The notes under the pieces are model-generated. The model had not been told where the DNA came from and made no database searches. It was given only the letters and a program-made list of their open reading frames with translations. From Guillardia theta CCMP2712 (Eukaryota > Protista > Cryptophyta), in NCBI RefSeq assembly GCF_000315625.1, contig NW_005434625.1:327726-391725 (forward strand): a stretch of DNA of 64,000 nucleotides, given 5' to 3'. The translations under genes were made by a program, and so were the position numbers. Every line of letters begins with the position of its first letter. Within the stretch, counting starts at the first letter, position 1. Positions 13,801-24,795 of this stretch are shown one piece after another.

Positions 13801-15795
13801 NNNNNNNNNNNNNNNNNNNNNNNNNNNNNNNNNNNNNNNNNNNNNNNNNNNNNNNNNNNNNNNNNNNNNNNNNNNNNNNNNNNNNNNNNNNNNNNNNNNN
13901 NNNNNNNNNNNNNNNNNNNNNNNNNNNNNNNNNNNNNNNNNNNNNNNNNNNNNNNNNNNNNNNNNNNNNNNNNNNNNNNNNNNNNNNNNNNNNNNNNNNN
14001 NNNNNNNNNNNNNNNNNNNNNNNNNNNNNNNNNNNNNNNNNNNNNNNNNNNNNNNNNNNNNNNNNNNNNNNNNNNNNNNNNNNNNNNNNNNNNNNNNNNN
14101 NNNNNNNNNNNNNNNNNNNNNNNNNNNNNNNNNNNNNNNNNNNNNNNNNNNNNNNNNNNNNNNNNNNNNNNNNNNNNNNNNNNNNNNNNNNNNNNNNNNN
14201 NNNNNNNNNNNNNNNNNNNNNNNNNNNNNNNNNNNNNNNNNNNNNNNNNNNNNNNNNNNNNNNNNNNNNNNNNNNNNNNNNNNNNNNNNNNNNNNNNNNN
14301 NNNNNNNNNNNNNNNNNNNNNNNNNNNNNNNNNNNNNNNNNNNNNNNNNNNNNNNNNNNNNNNNNNNNNNNNNNNNNNNNNNNNNNNNNNNNNNNNNNNN
14401 NNNNNNNNNNNNNNNNNNNNNNNNNNNNNNNNNNNNNNNNNNNNNNNNNNNNNNNNNNNNNNNNNNNNNNNNNNNNNNNNNNNNNNNNNNNNNNNNNNNN
14501 NNNNNNNNNNNNNNNNNNNNNNNNNNNNNNNNNNNNNNNNNNNNNNNNNNNNNNNNNNNNNNNNNNNNNNNNNNNNNNNNNNNNNNNNNNNNNNNNNNNN
14601 NNNNNNNNNNNNNNNNNNNNNNNNNNNNNNNNNNNNNNNNNNNNNNNNNNNNNNNNNNNNNNNNNNNNNNNNNNNNNNNNNCGAACTGAACAAGGAGAAG
14701 GGATTCACTTTTGCGTTCCCAGCTCAAGCAGAGAGAGGAAGAAGGTCAATAGACTCCAGCAGCAGCTCTCCAACGCCCTCTTCAGGATCGAGGCCCTGCA
14801 GTCTTCGAGCATCCGACGGGAGAGCCAGGAGAACGTTGCGGCAGCAGGAGACGGGCGGGGCAGCTCGCGGGATGGACCAGCGAGCTTGCAACAAACTCCC
14901 CTTCTGCAGCCCTCCGCTGTAAATAGTCAGGAGATCCTCGGCCCGGAAGCAAGTGTGGTCAGTTCCCCTTCCTCTGACTGCGCTGCCTGCTGACCCCCTC
15001 CCCGTAGAAGTCTTCAGTCCCCAACATGAGGTTTCCTGACCCCGCTCTCGTCCTCGGCTCCACTGACTGCTGCGTTGCGCTGCTGCAGGTTGGCCACCGC
15101 GTCTCCAGCAGTATCTCCGAGGTGAAGTTCCATGACCCATGTCACCTGTCCCGCCGTTCACCTTTTCCCTCCTATCCCCTCTTTGCTTCTCCTCTCCTTT
15201 CTTCTTCCCTCCTATCCCCTCGCATCCTCTCCTCTCCTCTCCTTCTCTATGACTCTTGTCCTCTCTTACCTCCCTCCCCCTCTCTCCGCTCCCCTCCGCT
15301 CCCCTTGCCCCTCTCTCGCTCCCTCTGCCCTCTTCTCTGCCTCCTTCACCTCACTCTGCCGAAGGCCCAGCACGTCCTCCGAAGCCCAGCAGATCGAGAA
15401 ATTACCAGCAGCAGGAGAGGATAGCAGCAAGATGTTGGGTGAGGAGGAGAACGTGCCTCTACCCGAAGGGTGAGCACTTGAAGTGACTTGCCTTCCCTCG
15501 AAACCTGAGTGACATGATAGTTGGACGGAGCATGTTTCAAGGAGCACTGGAAAGATCTACTATCGTCACAAGGTGCGTTAGGGGAGGAGGAGGAGGAGGA
15601 GGAGGAGGAGGAGGAGGACTCCCGGAGGATCAGATTGTGGAGCTGTGGAATAGGGGGAGCAGGAGGAGCAGGAGGAGTAGGAGTGACGGTCTTCCTGCAG
15701 GCAACCGGTCAGTCTCGCTGGCGAAGACCTACTTGAAGCAGTCATTTCTTGTCTTGCAGCAGCAGATGCTGATCTCATCAGTAAAGTTGAACTAA
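5530..15795 (+). CDS. Long coiled-coil protein region (many small exons, crosses an assembly gap), probably continuous with the PDZ exons
   Basis: Short exons encode E/K/Q/R/L-rich heptads (e.g. VERRLPS/ELEIELLQRELQ, AQIENITGRYEKIAQESNARMSQLSQ, AELEQLQEMKRTIETQYQEGYDK, KVNRLQQQLSNALFRIEALQ). They are bounded by GT..CTGAC..AG introns often filled with (CCT)n. The exact exon chain and whether this is one gene are unresolved. Confidence 0.55.
13794..14681. other. Assembly gap (N run)
   Basis: 888 N following a CCT/CCCT microsatellite. Confidence 1.
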
Positions 15796-16333
15796 CGAAA
15801 CGGTCCACCACTTTTTTTATCACACTGAGTCGGAGCTACTAGGCTAGTCGCTACTTGTCTAGCATACTAGCATAAGGACTTCCGAGTCGCTCCGATGACT
15901 GCGTTAAGCACTGTCGCTCGTTGAGACTCAGTGACCTGATCGGACACGCGTTAGCGTGCATCATGGCATGGTTGTCTCCACACACACGCTGATCAGGCTG
16001 GCCGCCGCTCGGCAGCCCGGCTCGGCAAAACCTGAGCAGAAGACAGATGATTACCAAGTTTGGATGGCCTTCAAGTATTCACAGATAAGTTTAAAATCTT
16101 AGAACGAACTGCGAGGCCAAGAGACCATCCTGCACTGCCGTTTCCTTGTTTGCCGAGCGATCCGCCAGCCACTACGGCTTGACTGAGCGCAACACGTCAT
16201 CGAGCCCGTCACTGAGTCGTAGGCCCGGACCCGGCGCTCAAGTTCCGGAGTCCGGCGGCCCGGCGTTGACCGTCCGACAGTCTCAGTGCACTGAAATCCT
16301 GGGCTGGGTCTTTTCCTAGTGGGCGGCGTTGAG

Positions 16334-18289
16334 ATGCACAGGACGGGGAGAGCATGGATGGGGAGCGCCATGCTGCTTGCCATGCTGAAGCTCCTCCTGA
16401 CATGCTCCCTCGCTCGAGCTGAGAACCGATCATCATCCTGCTCCCAACATACCTCGAGCTTGTCCTGCCTTTCCTCTCGTGCGGTTAACTCGATCCTGGA
16501 GGAGCTTAACCCCGACCCTGACCAGTACAAGCATGCTCCGAACAAGCATGCTCGAGAAGTCTCCTCCGGCCACTACGTGCTAGTGCATCCTACTCCTCTG
16601 CCTCTCCCGAAGCTCATAGCATACAGCGAAGACACGCTGCGCTTGATTGGTCTGAAGCCTTCAGACGCGGAGCAGGAGGAGTTTGCGGCCCTCTTTGGCG
16701 GGGACGTGCGAGCTGTTCCGGGATTTCTCTCCACGTGGGCAACTCCTTACGCTCTCTCGATCTATGGGGAAGAAATCATCCCAGACGGAGCAGGAAGGAG
16801 CGGCAATGGGTACGGGGATGGTCGGGCGATCTCCCTTGCAGAGGTTGAGGATGAGCTCTCTGGAAGGTGGGAGCTACAACTTAAGGGAGCTGGGCGAACT
16901 CCGTTCTGCAGGGGAGGAGACGGGAGAGCAGTTCTCAGATCCAGCATACGAGAGTTTCTTGCATCGGAGGCCATGCATGCTCTCGGAGTGCCGACGACGC
17001 GAGCTCTTTGTCTCGTCGTCTCGGGCACAGAGCAAGTGAGACGCCCATGGTACCGAGACGCCCTCGAGGCCGCGGACGCCAACGGTTTCATCAACAAGCA
17101 CGGGGGTAATGTTCTGCAGGCAGAACAGTGTGCCATCACCACGAGAGTCGCCCGCTCTTTCATCCGAGTCAGTCAGTTCGAGCTGTACGGCCGGAGGGCG
17201 AGAGGAGGGGACGAGAGGGCCAGGGAGGAGCTGCGCAAGCTGGTGATGCACACGATCGGCAGGGAGTTCTCGCACCTAAAGAGTGAGAGCATGGAGGGCT
17301 CCATGCTCGTTCAGATGGTTCGCGAGGTCGGAGAGCGACTGGCGCACATGGCGGCTGAATGGATTCGGGTGGGATACACGCAGAGCAACTTTAACTCAGA
17401 CAACTGCCTGGTGAGCGGCACGACCATGGACTATGGACCCTTCGGCTTCATCGAGAGATACGATCCTTCCTGGGGCATGTGGATCGGAGCTGGTGATCAC
17501 TTTTCCTTCCTCAATCAGCCCAACGCTGCGGGGAGGAACTTTGAGAGCTTCGCCAAGAGCTTGTATCCTTTGCTCGGGCACGAGGAGGCCACAAGTGTGC
17601 AGGCGATCATCAAGAACTTCACGTCAGTCGCGCAGAAGTATCTTCATGACATGTTTGCAAGGAAGATGGGGCTGACGAGGCGGGCTGAGAGGCTTTGGAC
17701 TAGCCTAGAGAGGTTCTTGACTAGACATCCCACAGACTACACCATTTTCTGGAGGCAGCTCTCGCTCGCCCCTCGCATGCTTGCTGGCGCCAACAGCAGC
17801 ATGCCGTTGCAAGAGCAAAGAGACGCGGTGCTCCAAGTGCTGGAGCCGTCGTGGTACCGAGAGCTGGCTGGAGAGACCAAGGAGGAGCTCATCCGATGGA
17901 TCGATCGTTGGCTCGAAGCCCTCCGGGAGGAGGGAAGAGATCGGGAGGAGGTCAGCAGAGAGATGCTTCAGGTGTGGCTGCTCGGCCAATTCATTGCTCT
18001 TCCTCTCACAACATGCCGCAGGTCAACCCAAAGTATATCCCGCGCGAGTGGATGCTTGCTGAGGCGTACCAGCATGCCCAGGGGGGGGACATGGGCCCGC
18101 TGAAGGACTTGATGGACCTGTTTGCCCATCCCTACAGCGAGATGCCTACCTTCAGCAGCAGGTGACCTTCCTCCCGTCCCCACGAGCAATGACAAGTCTG
18201 ACACGTCTGTGCTCTTCAGATTTTATCGCCGTGCTCCAGAAGGGAGTCATCGCAAAGGGGGCATAGGTTTCATGAGCTGATCCTCCTAG
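16334..18289 (+). CDS. SELO: Selenoprotein O / YdiU-family protein AMPylase (pseudokinase fold), 3 exons, C-terminal Sec
   Basis: Motifs GDGRA, ELQLKGAGRTPF..GGDGRAVLRSSIREFLASEAMHALGVPTTRAL, QSNFNSDN, DYGPFGF and NPKYIPREW. Introns at 17972-18021 and 18162-18219. The last exon reads RFYRRAPEGSHRKGGIGFMS-TGA(18278-80)-SS-TAG(18287-89), matching the SelO C-terminal (C/U)SS. Confidence 0.93.
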
Positions 18290-18330
18290 GCTGCTCAGTC
18301 CTTGTGTCTGGGCTGTTCGTCCTGCCTGCT

Positions 18331-18395
18331 GTCTTCCATAGTGACGGTCAGGTCGCAAATGGATCTGATCCAACGACTTGCCCCGAAGAGGAAGC
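18331..18395 (+). promoter_or_regulatory. Type II SECIS element (GUGA variant) in the SELO 3' UTR
   Basis: GTGAC core 18341-45; stem GGTCAGGTCG/CGACTTGCCC; unpaired AAA 18357-59; apical mini-stem TGGATC/GATCCA; 3' core GA at 18385-86; lower helix CTTCC/GGAAG. Confidence 0.85.
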
Positions 18396-18446
18396 GTGTG
18401 CTTTGTGAATACGTTCTGGTGTACAGTAAACATGCTACTAGAATTC

Positions 18447-19046
18447 TCACCCCTCCTCCTCTGACAAGTCTTCCTGATGGACATCGTTGGTCGATCCAAC
18501 GTCAGTGTTTCTCGTCCTCTCATCGTTAGATTCGCTTGGAACCTCGCCCAAGATTCGAGCAGCTTCCTCATGAGCTTGTTTGATGAGTCGCTCGCACTCC
18601 AAGCTCACCATACGCGCCTCCTCCTCCGCGTCGGCTACGATCGCCATCATCCTCTGCAGCTCGAACTGAGCATTGGGGTTTGGGCACGATTCTTCCATAT
18701 GCTTCTTCAAGTACCAGCGCACGTACTCCTTCCCACAGCAATCGCATTTCCATTTCTTGCTTTGCTTTGTGTCCGCCGAGGGCTTGAATCCTACTGGTCG
18801 CCCACATTTCTTCAACGTTGGCCCCGTGCAGTTCTTCGCGTGCCTTTTTGCATTCGACTGATTGGAAAACACAACAAAACAAGTGGGACATCTCCTCTTG
18901 TCCACTGGAGGCTGGGATTCAATCACAAACTGCCTGGGCTCCTTGGTTTTGTTCCCTTCCTCCCCTGCCCCATCCTTCCCCGCACCACTTCTTTGCGTCG
19001 ATTCACTCACCCCGCCGTCCTTGGCGCTGCTTCCGCTTGCTGCCAT
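18447..19046 (-). CDS. Small protein with two C2HC-type zinc fingers and a C-terminal helical/acidic region
   Basis: 199-aa ORF with CPTC...RHAKNC and CDCC...KHMEESC, separated by a KKCGRPVGFK basic, AT-hook-like linker. Confidence 0.7.
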   Translation of the reverse strand: MAASGSSAKDGGVSESTQRSGAGKDGAGEEGNKTKEPRQFVIESQPPVDKRRCPTCFVVFSNQSNAKRHAKNCTGPTLKKCGRPVGFKPSADTKQSKKWKCDCCGKEYVRWYLKKHMEESCPNPNAQFELQRMMAIVADAEEEARMVSLECERLIKQAHEEAARILGEVPSESNDERTRNTDVGSTNDVHQEDLSEEEG

Positions 19047-19662
19047 CAGCCCTCACTCATCCTTCCCGCTCATCTCCATGCGCTTCCTCGTTTTCCCGCC
19101 TTCCTCCTCGCCCAGCCATTCACTGCCAGGCTGAAAAGGGACAAGTTTTGTGGGGCTGCACCCAGCCTGCTAGCCAAAGATTTGGGTAGAAAACGGTCTG
19201 TAACGACTAATCGTTATGATGCAACCGCTCTCTGACAAAGCAGAGGCGCTCTATGAAGATTGGAGAGGGAAAGGGGGCGGGGGGGCGGGGAGGGGCGGAA
19301 GGTATGGGCGAGAGAAGAAGCCGGGTATAGACGCGTGTGCATGGTCTCTGATACAGACATGTACCTGTCGTGAGGGAGGAAGGAGAACGTTCGAGGAGGC
19401 CGTTCTAGAAGGGAGGGTAGGCTGCACTGCATCCACGAAGAAAAAGACAGAAAAATCCGATGTGAAACATTGTAGTAGTTCATATCCCAGGGTCACCATT
19501 CGAAGAAGTCGTTCGTTTGTTCGGTTTCATGTGATACCTGCAGCAAGACAGCTGGAGGAATTGTATAAGACGTCAAGAGCGAAGAGGGGCTTCATTGCGC
19601 TGAACATGTGTTTGACTAGTGTATTCCAGTAGAACGCAGCATCAAAGTATCCGGCTGCTAGG

Positions 19663-21270
19663 ATGAGCGACAAAGATTGGCAAGAAAAGCTGAGGATGGT
19701 TCAACACAAGATGGTATCGTATTCGTCATTTCTTAGTCACCTCTTGTCACATCTTGACTCATGATAGGTATCTTTGTGGGAAAATCAAATAGAGCCTGCG
19801 ATACGCAGAATGCAGCGGAAGGAAGGGAAATCATACGCCTACATTCTTGGTATGAAAGACCTTGTTTGCGCACCTTGTGTCTCAATAACTATCAAGGCGT
19901 GATGGTCCTGATGATATGGTACCTCTTCTCACACGATTTCCTCTACTTCGTGTCTCTCCTCGCTGAAGTTCTGCGAACCTTCGGTTGGCATCTCTGTCTG
20001 CCCTCCTTCAACCTGAAGCTTGTCAAGGAATCGTCTTGCTCGTCCTCCGTGTGGTGAAGAAAACTCAATCGGTTCAGGTTGGTTCCACCTGGCCTGCGCC
20101 CTCTGTCCATCGCATGACTGATGTTGACCTAGGGCCTCAGCCTCAAAACCCAGCAGCTCTACGCAGGTGTTGTACTTCTCTTGTTGATGTACATGTCATC
20201 GTCATCGTCGTTGAATCATCCTCCTCTGCAGCGGTCTTCCTTACTCGGCTCATGTTCAAGATAGCGTACGAGCAGGTGAAGCGAGAGTCTGGGTCCTTGT
20301 GGTCAGGTGAAGGAAACGGTGCAGGACTACCTCTACGCCTTCATCGAGACCATAGCGACTGGTGACGAGCCTCCTGGGCTGAGCGAGTTGCTGTGACTCG
20401 GTGTGACCTCGGGCGACAGGACTGACATGCTACCTGGTCTTCCTGATGCGCATCCAGGTAATGCAGCCTGATAGCGAGGACATTGATGTACTCATGATGT
20501 CACAGTACAAGGCATCGTACCAAGAGGAGAACGATGGCTTCAACGTCAGACAGTCTGCTGCGGTTCTCCTTGGTCGTCTTGACGGCAGTCACTCAGGATC
20601 TCTACATCATTGGGGCCTGTGGGGTCATCGGACTCTTCTTACACCCTAACGTCACCGTAAGCTCAGCTGCTCTCCTTCGCCCTCCCTCTCACACTTGCCT
20701 TGCTGACAGTCCAACTGGTTCATCAACGTCTTGTGGGCGTTCTCAACCTACCTGGAGGCTGTCGCCTTGCTCCCGCAGGTGAAGCCATGGCGGCGCCGCC
20801 AGGGTCCTGCCTGACTTGACATACAGCTGTACGTCTTTCACTCCGCCTCCAAGACCGTGGACAACATGACCTCCCTTTGGATCGGTGACTTGTCGTTGAG
20901 CTCTCTGCTTCTGCTGACCCTTGGCAGTGTCCCTGTTTCTCTCCAGGGTGCTCGAGTGCTCTTTCTGGTTCGTCGCTCTGTTTTTCCGCGGGTACATGAA
21001 AATCTGGTCTTCCATTGTTTGGTACTCGTCTCATCATCTCATCGCCCATGTTCTTGACCTCTCACACCCCCAGGTATGTTATCATCACGGAACTCGTTCA
21101 CACTTTCCTCCTGCTCGACTTCGTTCGCAACTTCTACAAGTGCTACCAGCAGGTTCTGCCGTTGGGTCGTCTCCGGCTCCTTGACGAATCCTGCGCAGGG
21201 TATGAACATGCTGCTGCCGTCCGCCTGGGGGTTGACAGGCAAAGACTGGTCCTTCGGTTCTGGAACGGGT
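19663..21270 (+). CDS. ER lumen protein-retaining receptor (ERD2/KDEL receptor family), multi-exon; 3' end approximate
   Basis: Spliced exons give KKTQSVQ-GLSLKTQQLYA-AVFLTRL, YKASYQEENDGF, INVLWAFSTYLEAVALLPQ and ELVHTFLLLDFVRNFY. These correspond to the ERD2 motifs GISLKTQ.LY and LWTFSIYLESVAILPQL. Confidence 0.85.
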
Positions 21271-21799
21271 TGGCCCTCCCCTCTCCCCCTCCTCCCCCTT
21301 CCCATCTCCCATGTCCTCCTGCTCCTCCTGCTCCTCCTGCTCCTCCTGCTCCTCCTGCTCTTCTACCTTCACCTCTCCGCCCCTGTCCCCCCAACCCCCT
21401 GCCCTCCCCTCCCCATCCTCCTCCTCCTCCTCCTCCCTGCCATTCGCTGTCCTCAAGTTTGCATGTTGGTGTCCACAAGTTTGCACTCACTTCATCTCCT
21501 GTCGTCTTGGCTCGTCTAAGGTGCTGAAGCAAACTAGCAGGCGCAATGAACGAGCGACGCGATTGATCCGCTTCGATTCGAATGGAAACATGTGAATGTA
21601 CAGAAGAACACCTGTGTAATAAAATCTACAGTGAATGCCTGTTCCCACGTTTCCTTCTATACCATCTCACAAGATCCCTTGTTTGTATCCGTTTGTCTTC
21701 TTACACTTACTCTTATGTTGTTACAAAACTTTCCTTCATCGCACTGAAGACTTCAAGATTATCTCCCAAGTCATCAGCAGTAGGATCAAGGTAAGTCTT

Positions 21800-24795
21800 G
21801 CTATGTCCTCGTGGGTTGGTACAGCGGAACTAGTTTCCCTTCACGATGCCGAGCGATCACCGCCGAGACGCCTTCAGGTGTCAAACATCACACGTCAGCC
21901 AGCCACCGTGACAATCGAATGGAGAAGGAGACGAGGACAAGAAAAAAGTTCTCGACGGGGCAGCAAGCAAGCATCACCAGCAGAAACTTGATTGTTGTAC
22001 TCGTATCTTGAGATCTGTCAAGCTCGTCACAACAAGTGACCATGCAAATGTCAAACCTCCGAGCTGCCGTGGGTAGTAAAGAATCTCCACCTGATGAGAG
22101 TGAGCGATCAGCCTTATCTCGCCTCGTTTCGCGCAACCTGAAAGTCGAAGTCTTGAGCAGGCCATCGCTCTGTCGGGGCTCGAGCGACTCGCCGTTCTTC
22201 CCGCAAATCCGCTGCGGTCGTAGTCGTATCCGCACTATCGCGTTAGGAGGGAAAGTCCCGCTCTGTCCCATCCCTTCACCCCACAGGCAGAGGAAGCGAC
22301 AGCCTTACCTCGGGCTCGAGGACGAGCGAGCAGGTTGACTCGTCGTAGAGCGGGGCCTTGAGCCCTCCCGCGGGACTTTCGCTGCTGAGGTTCGTCTTGA
22401 CCGTCACCCACGTCCCCCCGTCAGCCTCCCGGAAGAGGGGCGTGTTGAAGCTGATGACGATCGGAGTGTTTCTGGGTCGGACCCGTGAGTACGGTCGGGG
22501 GTAGATGGCCGTCACTCGCAGAGGCAAGTAGCCAGCTGTGAAGAAATCCCAGCAGACGTCCCCCTCCACCCGCCTCCGCATGTTGGCCTGCCAGAGGGAG
22601 GACTGCGAGTTGATGGAGACCCGATAGTGAGAACTTGTTCGCAGCGGCTGGAGGGGAACGAACGTCAAAGTCCTGCCAGTCACCGTAAGGGTGCAGCCAT
22701 GGCAAGTAGCAAGGAAAGGAACCTGCTGGCCTCGTCCAACGTCACCTCCCCGGCCTCAGGTTTCGCGCTGAACTTTCTGCGAACCTGAACTGGGAGGTCA
22801 GCAGGATCTCATTTAGGGTCACCTCCAGGAGGGAGATAGGGAAGGAGGGAGAGGAGGGGAGGGGAGGGAGGGAGGGAGGGGAGGGAGGGAGGGAGGGGAG
22901 GGAGGGGGAGGAGGGAGGGAGGGAGGAGGGAGGAGGGAGGTAGGAGGGAGGGAGGTAGGAGGNNNNNNNNNNNNNNNNNNNNNNNNNNNNNNNNNNNNNN
23001 NNNNNNNNNNNNNNNNNNNNNNNNNNNNNNNNNNNNNNNNNNNNNNNNNNNNNNNNNNNNNNGAGACCTCATGCAGGAGGTCATATTCTCCTCTTCCTTC
23101 AACAGCAACGGAGAGAGGGAGGGGGAGGGAGAGAGGGAGGGAGGGAGGGAGGGAGGGGAAGGGAGAAAGCGAAGCGTACGAGTCAGACCTCGAAATCATT
23201 TTGCAGCAAGCTTCGGAGCAAAGGATATCCAGAGCTCCCGACCAACTTTTGGACCAAGTCGCTTGATGGATCCTTAAACTTGATCTATGACTTCCTTTCA
23301 GTTGCTGCCTCACGAGCTACAAGCTACAACCTTGATCTCTACGTTCTGAGAGACATTCTGAGCTGAGCTATCTGTTGGCGGATTTCATCAGGTTCAACCA
23401 GATTGGATGGATGGATACCTGGGAACATTTCCTCCACAAGAATTCCGAGGATCTTTGGAGGGGCCGGGGGCTGCGTAGAGCGCGTGTGACCAAAGGTCTG
23501 GACAAACGGACCATGGCAGAACCCACCAGAAGGATTAACATAGAAGGTTTCTGTATGTTGTACTCCCGGAGAGTGTGATGGTTCTGCAAAACGACACGTG
23601 AGTTCTAACACTGATGAGTGCGCACGGATCTGACCTGAAGAACTCTACCAGCAAACGCAAGCTGCAACTCCTCAGGCGCTGCAACCTGATGGGGTTGTCA
23701 ATCGTAACATGCAATGGACGCGGCAAGGTGTAAGCTCCAACCCCAGGGTACGTAGATAGTTTCTCCTTGACATCCTCGACGTAGTCATCTGCCTCACACC
23801 TGAGCGAGAAGATCCTGCTGCTGCGGCCAGATCTCAGCATCGTCTTCATCACAAGAACATTTGTTGTTGTGCCTGCTATCCCTGACATGAAGAGGCCTGC
23901 CCGATGGCATCGATTCGTTGAGAACGAGGTGAAGCACGCTGCAATCCTACGGAAACAGAAGTTGTCACACGCTGTTTGCAACATCAAAGGCAAGAATCAC
24001 TCTGACGGCAGCCTCTCGTAAGCTGCTTGCTCCATCCTACCACAGTGTTATATCGGCATGTCGTGGTGGGTTTCAGTATCCCTCACCAGGAGCTGCCCCT
24101 TGAAGATGAAGTGCTTGTGCTCGGGAGGGGCTCCTAGGGAGCAAGCACACCTGGCTGCGACATCCGAGATCGTGGAGTCTACGCCACCAGCAGCACAGTG
24201 AGGGATGCAGCAACAACAGTGAGGGATGCAGCAACAACAGTGAGGGATGCAGCAACAACAGTGAGGGATGCAGCAACAACAGTGAGGGATGCAGCAACAA
24301 CAGTGAGGGATGCAGCAACAACAGTGAGGGATGCAGCAACAACAGTGAGGGATGCAGCAACAACAGTGAGGGATGCAGCAACAACAGTGAGGGATGCAGC
24401 AACAACAGTGAGGGATGCAGCAACAACAGTGAGGGATGCAGCAACAACAGTGAGGGATGCAGCAACAACAGTGAGGGATGCAGCAACAACAGTGAGGGAT
24501 GCAGCAACAACAGTGAGGGATGCAGCAACAACAGTGAGGGATGCAGCAACAACAGTGAGGGATGCAGCAACAACAGTGAGGGATGCAGCAACAACAGTGA
24601 GGGATGCAGCAACAACAGTGAGGGATGCAGCAACAACAGTGAGGGATGCAGCAACAACAGTGAGGGATAACAGTGAGGGATGCAGCAACAACAGTGAGGG
24701 ATGCAGGAACAACGACATTGCCAACCTGAGTTGAACCGGAGAGGTTCTAGCTGACCTGACCAACTCACACATAATTTGATTTTTTCTGCATCCAT
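21800..24795 (-). CDS. Protein with two ubiquitin-like domains followed by two Big_5/SbsA-type Ig-like domains (multi-exon, spans a gap)
   Basis: UBL1: MDAEKIKLCVSWSGQLEPLRFNS|DSTISDVAARCACSLGAPPEHKHFIFKGQLL|DGASSLREAAVR|DCSVLHLVL. UBL2: IFSLRCEADDYVEDVKEKL...NPIRLQRL...LQNHHTLREYNIQKPSMLILLV. Ig-like parts: RTLTFVPLQPLRTSSHYRVSI...WDFFT and LRVTAIYPRP....PRNTPIVISFNTPL. The 3' end is approximate. Confidence 0.7.
22963..23062. other. Assembly gap (100 N)
   Basis: N run following a GGA/GGGA microsatellite. Confidence 1.
24195..24712. repeat. 21-bp minisatellite (ACAGTGAGGGATGCAGCAACA), about 22 perfect copies plus ~2 degenerate copies, intronic
   Basis: Tandem array visible directly. It lies between the minus-strand donor after ...RFNS and the acceptor before DSTISDV. 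Confidence 0.97.

Noticed and set aside
13454-14993. Long ORFs of 325-430 aa
   Set aside because: Artefacts of translating through the N gap.
18477-19632. Plus-strand ORFs of 252 and 138 aa
   Set aside because: One is antisense to the zinc-finger gene and the other lies in a promoter region. Neither has protein-like features.
24195-24712. CRISPR array or repeat-protein ORFs (RDAATTV / LLLHPS / VVAASLT)
   Set aside because: Units are head-to-tail with no spacers and there are no cas genes. The array sits in an intron, and the ORFs arise only from a stop-free unit.
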